Positions 7,113-15,598 of a DNA stretch of 64,000 bases are shown here, in pieces. This DNA is from Candidatus Poribacteria bacterium (lineage in GTDB: Bacteria; Poribacteria; WGA-4E; WGA-3G), in NCBI GenBank assembly GCA_963666175.2, contig CAXXTN010000003.1, positions 33,740 through 97,739 of the forward strand. Reading direction: 5' to 3'. Below the pieces are notes generated by a model that was given only the letters and a program-made list of their open reading frames with translations, ran no database searches and had not been told where the DNA came from. The position numbers and the translations under genes are program-made. The stretch's first letter is position 1; the number at the start of each line of letters is the position of its first letter.

Positions 7113-8852
7113 ATGAAAAACGGTGACGTTAAGTTGATCCAACGTATTCTTGCGGGAGATCAAACTGCTTTTGAGAGTTTGCTTACTAAATATCGGAAGC
7201 AGGTTCACGCGCATGCATGGCGGAGGACAGGTGATTTTCATATCGCTGAAGACATTACACAGGAGACCTTCCTGCAAGTTTATCAGAAACTGGAAACTCT
7301 TGAAGAACCAACTCAGTTTTCAAGATGGCTCCATGCAATTGTGAATCGTCTCTGTATTGCGTGGTATCGGAAAAACCCTATACATACTGAATCCCTTGAA
7401 GAAACCGATTGCTCAGAGATCGAGATTGATGCTTATTCTCGCTATGTTGCTGAAGAACAGGTGAAAACAACTGCTATAGTGCAAAGCGACGTTGTGCATG
7501 AACTTCTCACTAAGTTAAAGGAAAGCGACAGGCAAGTTGTCACGCTACACTACTTTAAAGAAATGACATATTCTGAGATTGGTTCGTATTTGGGTGTATC
7601 AGAAAGTACGATTAAAAGTCGGTTGCACCGTGCTCGCAAACGTTTGCAAAAGTATGAGTTCATGATTCAAGAAGCGTTAGACATAACAATGGAAGAGGGA
7701 CATCACTCCCACAGAGAAATAAATGGAGGTATTGGAATGAATTTAACATTTGAAAGAGACGACCTTTTATATTCGCTACAAGTGCTGCAGGATATTGGAA
7801 ATGGAGAGGATACTTCTCCGATTCTCTCAAATATATTTATCCACGCAGCTGGTGATACTATTGAGTGTATGGCAACAGACACTGAAATCGGTATCAGAAT
7901 GAAGGTAGAAGGGACAGTTAGAGAAGAAGGGAGAATTGTTGTTTCTGCCCAGAAGTTAGCAGACATTGTTAAAGGGTGGCAATCAGAGAAACCGATCAAC
8001 TTAGCTACGACGGCATCAGGTCGCATTGAAATCAGTGGTGGAAATGGCGTTCACAAAAACGTCAAGATCTCCGATGAAGAGTTTCCCAACCTCCCTGCTG
8101 TTGATGATAAAGCGATTGCGATTGATGGGGATAGCCTACGTTCTGTGCTGGACAAAACTAAATATGCAGTTCCCACAGATGAGGAAAAGATCAAGCGTTT
8201 ACCAAAAGGTCTATACTTTAATCTATTTAATGACAGAACAGAAGTTGTCGCGACCGACGGATTACAACTTGCCCTTGCGCACTGTGAACCGTTCAATTTA
8301 TCTGATGATAGTGATGGATTTATCGTTCCACTCAAAGCTGTCCAAGAAATCGAACGCACATTTGGGAATTCACCTGAGATAAAGATTGCGCGCATTGAAA
8401 ATCAGATTCTCTTTGCGGATGAACATGTTACGTTGACGACGAAATTGATAAATGCTGACTACCCACAGTATCAACAAATCTTACGAAGTTCTTATGATGG
8501 GAGAGTCGTAGTAAAGAAAGAGCCTTTTTTGAACGTCGTCCGTGAAGTTGCCTTGCTTTCAAATCCGAAATTTCCGTCGGTGTTTTTAGATATAGATGAA
8601 CAGAAGATACGGATTTCGCCTAAACTCTCCGCACCGGATGAGGAATGTGAGACTGTCGCGGTGGATTCAGGTGTTGGGAGTGTCAATATCCGTCTGATTT
8701 CGAGAATGCTGACAGAGGCGTTAGAGCACATTGAAACGGAGACTTTTTCTCTGGAGTTCTCAAGTACAGTGCTTCCTGTAGTTATTAAACCGATTGATGA
8801 GGATGAAGAAGCACAAATCTGCATAATGGCACCGATGCGTTTGGATGCTTAA
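7113..8852 (+). CDS. ECF (group 4) sigma-70 factor fused in frame to a full-length DnaN-like beta sliding clamp
   Basis: GGAG sits 6 nt before the ATG at 7113 (MKNGD, parallel to MKNDD of the paralogue at 22942). Sigma region 2 is DITQETFLQVY and region 4 is SYLGVSESTIKSRLHRARKRL. From residue ~209 the clamp motifs are MNLTFERDDLL, ATDTEIG, EEFPNLP, VATDGLQLA, KLINADYPQY and IMAPMRL. I checked the reading frame by hand across 7620-7745. Confidence 0.85.
   Translation: MKNGDVKLIQRILAGDQTAFESLLTKYRKQVHAHAWRRTGDFHIAEDITQETFLQVYQKLETLEEPTQFSRWLHAIVNRLCIAWYRKNPIHTESLEETDCSEIEIDAYSRYVAEEQVKTTAIVQSDVVHELLTKLKESDRQVVTLHYFKEMTYSEIGSYLGVSESTIKSRLHRARKRLQKYEFMIQEALDITMEEGHHSHREINGGIGMNLTFERDDLLYSLQVLQDIGNGEDTSPILSNIFIHAAGDTIECMATDTEIGIRMKVEGTVREEGRIVVSAQKLADIVKGWQSEKPINLATTASGRIEISGGNGVHKNVKISDEEFPNLPAVDDKAIAIDGDSLRSVLDKTKYAVPTDEEKIKRLPKGLYFNLFNDRTEVVATDGLQLALAHCEPFNLSDDSDGFIVPLKAVQEIERTFGNSPEIKIARIENQILFADEHVTLTTKLINADYPQYQQILRSSYDGRVVVKKEPFLNVVREVALLSNPKFPSVFLDIDEQKIRISPKLSAPDEECETVAVDSGVGSVNIRLISRMLTEALEHIETETFSLEFSSTVLPVVIKPIDEDEEAQICIMAPMRLDA
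7725..7739 (+). promoter_or_regulatory. Internal Shine-Dalgarno (GGAGG) plus ATG exactly at the first residue of the clamp domain
   Basis: GGAGG at 7725-7729, a 7-nt spacer, then ATG at 7737-7739 in the same frame as the upstream sigma domain. Confidence 0.5.
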
Positions 8853-8880
8853 GTAATAATCTAATCGTATATGCACCTAT

Positions 8881-8985
8881 TTATAGTGAATTATAAATAT
8901 AAGTTGACACTTTCGTCCCACGGTAGGCGAGGTTTCCTAACCTCGCCGATGCAGAGTGTTCAAGTAATTTCAAAATCTACTATAA
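8881..8985 (+). repeat. 105-bp element TTATAGTG...[GGTAGG-CGAGGTT-TCCT-AACCTCG-CC]...CTACTATAA (REP-like hairpin with a 5' GTAG, short TIRs)
   Basis: Near-identical to 22791..22895. The 9-bp-stem hairpin GGCGAGGTT/AACCTCGCC is preceded by GGTAG. Confidence 0.85.
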
Positions 8986-9328
8986 CAGTTATAGGTTAGT
9001 GTGAAGCGATACCATTGGCATCAACAACTTATAGAATCGGGGTTACAAACTCCTATTTTACAAGAGCTGAGGAACTGAATTGATAGTTATGAGTTTTGCT
9101 TCACTCTACCCTACGAACATCAATCAGACAGAAATGCAGGATACAACGGCATCTCCTGAACTTCTGAGGGCCATATTGCACTAAATTTGTCACGTATTTT
9201 CTTTGCTGTTGCACCAATTGCTTGTAAATATCCATACGTCTCTGTTAACTGTGACAACACATCCAAACGATAGAATACACGCCTACGAACAGCAGGCAAA
9301 CCCCAATGATTGTAGTTCGGGTTAGTCC

Positions 9329-10336
9329 TCAATGCCTTATAATCTCCGGCAGGACGATCATTGATGACATTGCTAAACACACTACCTTGGGAGGCTCAAA
9401 AAACCTATAAATACAGCGTATCGTTTCATAGACACACGCCTCTATGACGCGTCTATAATACCAATGGTCGTCTTCTGCCTCTGGACAATTTTTAGCAAGT
9501 TCTGTTCGGTAGGTGTTTTCCATCAGTTGCATTACATCGTCAGGAAGTCGACAGACCTCTGCCCACATATCAAGATGCACACGAATCTGAAACCCGCCAA
9601 TAAGCACATGTTGAAAGTGTCCAAATTCATAGTCAAATACATACGTCTTTGATTTGGATGTAGAGTGGTAGATATTTACGGGATATAGGTCTCCGTGGAT
9701 TAACACGTGAAAACGATTAGTAGCATCCAGGAATTCAGTCAATGCTTTCAATTCGGTAAGAGATTCTTGGTTGGGTTGGACATCTGCGGCACTACATATC
9801 TCCTCCCATTTCTGTGCATAAATACTATCCAAGTCTTCACGACTGTTGTCAAGCGTAACAATTGAGTCCCGTATTTTGAGGAACTTTTCCACCTCACCGA
9901 TTGAGTGTGCATGTATCTGTCCAAGACATTTAGCACCTTCAATCAAGACGTGTTTTGCAGTTTCGCTATCGTCATTGATCAGTATTGCTCTAAGATTCTG
10001 TCCATCTCCCATATCTTCCATCACGAGAAGTGGAACGTTATTTTTCCCCGAATACCCACCACCATAAAGACAGGGAGTGACACTATTTGTCCCCATCTGA
10101 TCGTTTAGGAATTGCAAACACGTCCATTCAACACGAATCCTTCGTGCGCGTTTACATTTAACGAAAACAGTATCAGGAATTCCATCCGGTCCCGATAGGA
10201 TTTTGTAACGATATAGGCTTTGCGGATGTATATTTTCAGGTTTATCAATGCAAATTTCACCACCGAATTTCTGTGCTAATATCCCTTGTACTGCTGAGTA
10301 TAGATTTTTGAATGAGACGTTTTGTTGTGTTGGCAT
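9329..10336 (-). CDS. Aminoglycoside/choline-kinase-type phosphotransferase (APH family)
   Basis: HGDLYPVNI (H.D....N catalytic loop) followed by VFDYEF. Kinase-like N-lobe region LLVMEDMGDG. Confidence 0.7.
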   Translation of the reverse strand: MPTQQNVSFKNLYSAVQGILAQKFGGEICIDKPENIHPQSLYRYKILSGPDGIPDTVFVKCKRARRIRVEWTCLQFLNDQMGTNSVTPCLYGGGYSGKNNVPLLVMEDMGDGQNLRAILINDDSETAKHVLIEGAKCLGQIHAHSIGEVEKFLKIRDSIVTLDNSREDLDSIYAQKWEEICSAADVQPNQESLTELKALTEFLDATNRFHVLIHGDLYPVNIYHSTSKSKTYVFDYEFGHFQHVLIGGFQIRVHLDMWAEVCRLPDDVMQLMENTYRTELAKNCPEAEDDHWYYRRVIEACVYETIRCIYRFFEPPKVVCLAMSSMIVLPEIIRH

Positions 10337-10554
10337 AGTATCTTACCTGTCATTTTCAAGATGTTGGTTTTGCATAGAGAATATTACTGATTCTAATAGA
10401 GGATATAAGAGGCGAAATGAATTGCGCGACGACGAACACCTGTTTTGGTAATGATCAGTTGCTATTTAGACCTGATACAATTTTCCATATTCTACTTGGT
10501 TAACGTCAGAAAATAAAAAAGAATTACGTCATTGTCAGGGATCAATAAAGGTTA

Positions 10555-11200
10555 GTTGGGTTCTGTAACCCAGAATGTGTAAAGTTTTTGGCACAGATAT
10601 AGACAGTTCTGCTTTCTTTTATCCTGTATGAAGATTGGGAAATAAGTTGGTTAATTTCCTTGAGATGTCAGGTGCAGTTAGGAAACCGAACCATAGGTGT
10701 CAAATTAGTGAGTAAAGTTTGTGTATTTATACACCTTTCGCCCCGTTGGGGCTTTCGTCTGTATTGATATTACGTGCTATACACCTTTCGCCTCTCCGAG
10801 GCTTTCATAAATCACATATCAGCACCAGCGGTGCGAAAGGTGTGTAGAAAATGTCCGTCACAAGAAACCAAGCACCAGCGGTGCGAAAGGTGTGTATGAT
10901 AATAAGAGACTTCCAAATCCTTCACAGGTAAATATATCCTTAAATTGACGCCAATAGTGCGGTTTCCTAACCGCACCATAGGCGTCAATTTAGTGATTAC
11001 CCAACCCCTCTTCCATTGTTGGAGTGGTTTCTAACCACGATTATGTGGCTCTTCCATTGTTGGAGGGGTTTGTAACCCCGATTTTCAGGTTTTTGCTCAA
11101 AAAATCGGGGTTACAAACCCCTCCAACAAAAGCAGTTATCCTTAAATTGACGCCTATGGTGCGGTTTCCTAACCGCACCTACCGCCTTAAGGCATTTAGC
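10555..11200. repeat. Mosaic of REP/MITE hairpin modules
   Basis: Contains a long palindrome TAAATTGACGCCaATAGTGCGGTT-TCCT-AACCGCACCATAGGCGTCAATTTA. Also has two forward and two reverse copies of the TACACACCTTTCG + variable hairpin module, and inverted GGGGTT..AACCCC pairs. Confidence 0.85.
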
Positions 11201-11529
11201 ATTTGTGAAAAAATACAAGAAAAACTGAAAACTATAGTAAGACTTACAATTAATGAAACATATTGTCCCAATTACAAATTTATAGAATGTAAGAGGCGCA
11301 ATGAATTGCGCGACTACAAACGCGTTAATCTAAATGTAAAATGTATTGTTAATTTCAGATTTTACTATAAATAACCCTGAGTGACAATTGAATGTCTCTG
11401 ATTTTGTTAATCTTTTCTTGTTTATTCAGAATTATTCTGCTAATATGTCTTGTTAGGAATTTCAACAATTATCGAGAATAACGTGAGTTTGATAATACTA
11501 TATCCATAAATATTAACGTTGGAGGAAAA

Positions 11530-12330
11530 ATGAAATTCAGAAGTCAGACTACGATGAAAATTGTCCTATTGAGTTCTATCGTATTTACACTGTTGATTCC
11601 TTTTATCAGTTTTGCGGCAACGATTGATGTGGGTACCGTTGAGGTGGCTTATCTATTAGACGAAAATGATGGCAACGTCGCCAAAGATATTTCTGGGAAT
11701 GAGCGACATGGTGAAATCACTGGTGCAAAACGTGTGGAAGGGGTGTTCGGAAAAGCATTAGAATACGATGGCACTGATGATAATCTCATTGTTACAGGAT
11801 ATAACGGCATAGGCGGTACAGACCCAAGAACAACTGTATTCTGGTTTAAATCTGATGTAGTTCGCGACCATTCTTGGGTTAAGTGGGGAGTGAATGTCTC
11901 TACTCAAAAATACTACATCCGATCGCATGTCCGGGGTAATGAATGCAATTTGCGTGTTGAAGTCAACGGTGGTAACAATTTCGGAACAGATAATGTCTGT
12001 GATGGTGAGTGGCATCATTGTGCCGTTGTTTTCCCTAAAGGATCGGATGCAGTGGAAGATCATGATCTCTATGTAGATGGTAAACTTCAGGCAAAAGAGG
12101 GAACCAAATTTGCAATGAACACCAACATTGACACCCAAGTAGTCAATATCGGGGCAAAGTTGGCTAACCACACTTTTATGTCCGGTTCAATGGATGAAGT
12201 TGCTATCTTTAATGTGGAGTTGAGTTTAAAGCAGATTAATTCGATTCGTAATGTCGGATTAAAAAGTGCCCTTGGCATTGACCCACAAGACAAATTAACC
12301 ACCAGATGGGGTATGATTAAGAAATACTAA
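11530..12330 (+). CDS. Secreted LamG / concanavalin-A-like lectin-fold protein
   Basis: Signal peptide MKFRSQTTMKIVLLSSIVFTLLIPFISFA. Motifs DGTDDNLIV, WFKSD, GEWHHCAVVF and MDEVAIF are typical of Laminin_G_3. Paralogue of 15599..16399 with the same 266-aa length. Confidence 0.75.
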   Translation: MKFRSQTTMKIVLLSSIVFTLLIPFISFAATIDVGTVEVAYLLDENDGNVAKDISGNERHGEITGAKRVEGVFGKALEYDGTDDNLIVTGYNGIGGTDPRTTVFWFKSDVVRDHSWVKWGVNVSTQKYYIRSHVRGNECNLRVEVNGGNNFGTDNVCDGEWHHCAVVFPKGSDAVEDHDLYVDGKLQAKEGTKFAMNTNIDTQVVNIGAKLANHTFMSGSMDEVAIFNVELSLKQINSIRNVGLKSALGIDPQDKLTTRWGMIKKY

Positions 12331-13160
12331 TCCCACAAATCAAGACCTAAAAGTTTTCGTCCTAAAGGTGTCAATTCTGGTGATCCGTAGTTTTTCGCTT
12401 CCCACCCGCGTGGGTCACCAGGATAGGGACCGTGCCCTAATGCTCTGCGTTCTCTCCATAAGGTTATTCTTTCTTGACGGCGTTCTTCATTCATAGGATT
12501 CGGTGCGCGGTAATAGTTCATATATTGTGCCAGTCTGGGTTTATCTGAAGTGTTACGGCCGTTCCCGTGTGGAAGTGCTATATGCCAAATTAACAATGAG
12601 CCGGCCTTCGCTGGTACTTGGACAAATTTTTCTCTATATATCTCTGGTGTCAATTCAGGCACCCACGGATTCTCTTCATCTATTAGCGACTTATGTGCTC
12701 CGGGCCAACAAACAAAAGACCCTTGATTTTCTGCGGTATCTCTTAGAAACAAAACTCCTTGCGTGCTGAAGTGCACCGGTAGTTTTGATGTGTCCGCATC
12801 CCAGTGATACATCCCTTTGTGATCCCATTCAGGATAGTCAGGATGTTTCGGAGGTTTCATGTTGACTCTATCTATGTGCACCCAAATACGTTCAGTGCCA
12901 TATACTTCGGTATAGATTTGATAAATCGGTGGATGTTGGTATACGTTCCACATCGCCTGATGAAAGTACATTTCAATCATACCTGCACCGGGTTTGTGAG
13001 GCGCGTGATACCAGTCATTCGGGTCGGATGAATCCATCTCCAAGAATGCAAAAATTCCATCTACGACTGCTTCACACAACTCAATCGGAACAGCATTTTC
13101 AATTACCATATATCCGTATTCATCAAAATGTTCACGGTGTGCGTCTGTTAATATTGCCAT
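12327..13160 (-). CDS. Phytanoyl-CoA dioxygenase (PhyH) family Fe(II)/2-oxoglutarate oxygenase
   Basis: N-terminus LTDAHREHFDEYGYMVIENAV and WH.D / H.ALPHGNG-type metal ligands. Convergent 4-nt overlap with 11530..12330. Confidence 0.75.
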   Translation of the reverse strand: MAILTDAHREHFDEYGYMVIENAVPIELCEAVVDGIFAFLEMDSSDPNDWYHAPHKPGAGMIEMYFHQAMWNVYQHPPIYQIYTEVYGTERIWVHIDRVNMKPPKHPDYPEWDHKGMYHWDADTSKLPVHFSTQGVLFLRDTAENQGSFVCWPGAHKSLIDEENPWVPELTPEIYREKFVQVPAKAGSLLIWHIALPHGNGRNTSDKPRLAQYMNYYRAPNPMNEERRQERITLWRERRALGHGPYPGDPRGWEAKNYGSPELTPLGRKLLGLDLWD

Positions 13161-13344
13161 TCACTTCTCTTTGATTAATGTTCCTTCTATTTAATTTAAT
13201 ACTCATACGTCCATTTTCTGTTGTATATCCATGACCAGAACAGTAGATGGAATTGTTGGCGAAAGTAGTGGAATTGGTATTACAACACACACGAAAATCA
13301 TGACAACATCCCAATATTAACACATCCAAGGAATAAGATCAATC

Positions 13345-13660
13345 ATAGATATTTAGCTTCAGGATTATTTAGTTTTCGGTAATTCTGATACATTTGTTCA
13401 CAAATCAATATAAAGCAATGCATAGTAGTAGGCACACTCCGTGTGCCGCAACCCAATCTGTGTGGACGGCACGCGGATGAAGATAAGGAAATAAAATTGG
13501 GTGTTTTGACACCAAAGTCCAGCGCGCTTACAAAGCGCCAAATCAAGAAATCAACGGTATGAACGCCTTTTGGCGTTCCCCGGGTATGAATGCCTTTTGG
13601 CATTCCCCGCCTACGGGTTTTGAGAAGAGCGTTTACAAAGCACCAAATCAAATGAGTATG
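13345..13660. repeat. Hairpin-module mosaic
   Basis: Contains GAACGCC-TTTT-GGCGTTC and GAATGCC-TTTT-GGCATTC side by side, GCGCTTACAAAGCGC, and gcatagtagtaggcacactc...ggacggcacgcgga (also at 33340-33470). Confidence 0.8.
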
Positions 13661-13693
13661 TCATTTTCAAGAATGGTATATGAAAGATGTGTA

Positions 13694-14141
13694 TTGACAT
13701 ACTCACCGAGCTAAAGCTCTGGTGATTCTTTTGAATGAATCACACAAGCGATTGTGGTATCAACGACTTTGTTTAGAAAACCTAACAGGCATTCCAGTGA
13801 CAAAAGCCTACTCCAACAGTTGATGCCCCAACTGCACCTCCAAAGGAGGTCTTAAGAAACATTTTCACGTGTGAATATCAATGGGATGAGTTTTGAAACT
13901 TCTTTCCCTAACACGCAACAGATGTTTTGAAAACTTTAGCAGTATTGAATAGCAAGGCTTTTACGTGATTGTTTCACTGCTGAACTATCTGCCGTAGCAT
14001 CAATCACAACCAATGCCGATTGCTAAAGACATTGTAGCAAAGGTTCCTGAAATTGGCAAGACTTTTTACAAAATAATTCAAAGGACGGTGTCTACATCCC
14101 CGTGCTAAAGCAACGGGGTTTTGACACCGAAGGTATGATAA
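13694..14141 (+). mobile_element. 448-bp non-coding element, copy B
   Basis: See 5603..6050. Same boundaries (TTGACATACTC ... GGTATGATAA) and different flanks. Confidence 0.85.
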
Positions 14142-14166
14142 GGTGCACAACTGCAACGTATATTTA

Positions 14167-14631
14167 ACGTGAGTTCGAATATAAGAGATTGGTTCATCAG
14201 GGGAATTCAATTGAACAAAAGCAGTTCCAACGTAACCCAAACACCTTCTTTGCTCCAGCGGAGCAATATGTTTATAGTATTCATCCGAACCAGTGTTTCC
14301 GCTCCAGCGGAGCGGTATGTGAGACTATCACACATAGCACTCCACTGGAGTGCAAGAACTTTGTGTTTTGATTTTCTATAGACATAGCACTCCGCATGAA
14401 GATTAAAAAATACATTGGGTAATTTGAGATCAAAGTCCAGCGCGCTTCCAAAGCGCGCCTACGGGTTTGACAATCGCGCTTACAAAGCGCTCCAACAAGT
14501 TTTGGCGTGATTATAATTACCCGTTTAATAAATTAATCCTCATCTGGAGTGCAAGAACATGTCCGTCATCAAATCTGTGATAAATGTGATATATTGTATC
14601 GGTTTTTCTAACCTTTATATCGAACTCACGT
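14167..14631 (+). mobile_element. MITE family 1 (TIR ACGTGAGTTCGAATATAAG / CTTTATATCGAACTCACGT), copy 1, carrying a nested 148-bp MITE
   Basis: Flanked by TA (14165-66 and 14632-33). The nested insertion 14396..14543 splits the CACTCC-GCT-GGAGTG hairpin, which is intact in copy 2. Confidence 0.85.
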
Positions 14632-14677
14632 TATATTTACGTTAAATGAGAATCGTCAAAAGAGGAGGATATTTTCT

Positions 14678-15481
14678 GTGAAACCGTGTGTATCATATCT
14701 GCTTTGTGCGACACCGCGTTGTGGTGGCTACTTGCTTTTTGAGGCACTGGAGAATACTGGACTTGCTGGTATACCTGGAGAGTATTTTTGGGACGATAAG
14801 GAATGGACAAAGAAATTTGGTGCAATGGATTATGCGGATTTTCTCAACAAAGTAATAGAGAATAGCACAACCCCAAATGGTGTTTTTGGCACAAAACTCA
14901 TGTGGGGGTACTTCGAAAACTTTATCGGCAAAGTGCGGCAAACACCAGCGTTTATTCGCCGTGACCTATCTCCAAATACCGTACTATCAGAACTATTTCC
15001 TAATCTGAATTATATCTGGATTATGCGTAGAGATAAGGTGCGACAAGCAGTCTCTTTTTGGAAAGGACTTCAGACATGCATTTGGTGGAAAAGGGTTGGA
15101 GAGCCTGTACCAAAACTGGGGAAAGAACCTGAATACAACTTTGATGCAATAGATTATCTTGTCCAGGAGATTGTTTTTCATGAGGCAGCATGGCAGGCGT
15201 ATTTTTCACAATACGAGATTACACCGTTTACGGTGATTTATGAGGATTTGGTGCAACATTATGAGAAGACTGCGATCAGAATTTTGGATTGGCTCAAAAT
15301 CTCTTATCCTGATAACCTTGTGTTTGGAGAAAGGCGTTTACTGAAACAAGCAGATAGTGTATCGGAGGATTGGGTTGAGAGATATCGTGTTGAAAAAGAG
15401 GATAAAGAGAGGACTACGAAGGGGTGTTCACCGTTTTCAATGTCATCTTGGCAGTTTAATGCGGTTGATGTCTGTAAATAA
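14678..15481 (+). CDS. Stf0-type sulfotransferase
   Basis: GTG start 9 nt after GGAGG. YLLCATPRCGGYLLFEALENTGLAGIPGEYFW matches the Stf0 PAPS-binding N-terminus pattern (..SQRSGST.L...L...G.AG.P.E.F). Confidence 0.7.
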   Translation: MKPCVSYLLCATPRCGGYLLFEALENTGLAGIPGEYFWDDKEWTKKFGAMDYADFLNKVIENSTTPNGVFGTKLMWGYFENFIGKVRQTPAFIRRDLSPNTVLSELFPNLNYIWIMRRDKVRQAVSFWKGLQTCIWWKRVGEPVPKLGKEPEYNFDAIDYLVQEIVFHEAAWQAYFSQYEITPFTVIYEDLVQHYEKTAIRILDWLKISYPDNLVFGERRLLKQADSVSEDWVERYRVEKEDKERTTKGCSPFSMSSWQFNAVDVCK

Positions 15482-15598
15482 ATGGACTGACGTAAATGGA
15501 ATTCGGGACGCGGAGACCTCTTACAAAGTAAAGAGGCGCGCTTACAAAGCGCGCCTACAGGATTTAGTAAATTAACATTACACAATTAGTGAATTAGG

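Noticed and set aside
6117-7116. ORFs 6117..6401 and 6928..7116 as genes
   Set aside because: They are translated from hairpin and MITE modules that recur in both orientations elsewhere. The peptides look like repeat read-through (for example the RPRHT and GMNA motifs seen again in ORFs at 16.9 and 19.7 kb).
7737-8852. The clamp region as the housekeeping dnaN at the replication origin
   Set aside because: No dnaA, recF or gyrB is nearby, and I did not see a cluster of DnaA boxes (TTATCCACA). The clamp is in frame with a sigma factor. This cannot be fully excluded without the rest of the genome.
11024-11374. 116-aa ORF in the repeat mosaic
   Set aside because: It is built entirely from GGTT..AACC hairpins, the AATTGACGCC module and the GCGCAAT-GA-ATTGCGC module. 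It has no RBS.
13343-14381. ORFs 13343..13651, 14004..14240, 14169..14381 and 14189..14371
   Set aside because: They lie inside the repeat mosaic, element copy B and MITE copy 1. Near-identical pseudo-ORFs appear at 17343..17585 simply because the MITE is repeated.
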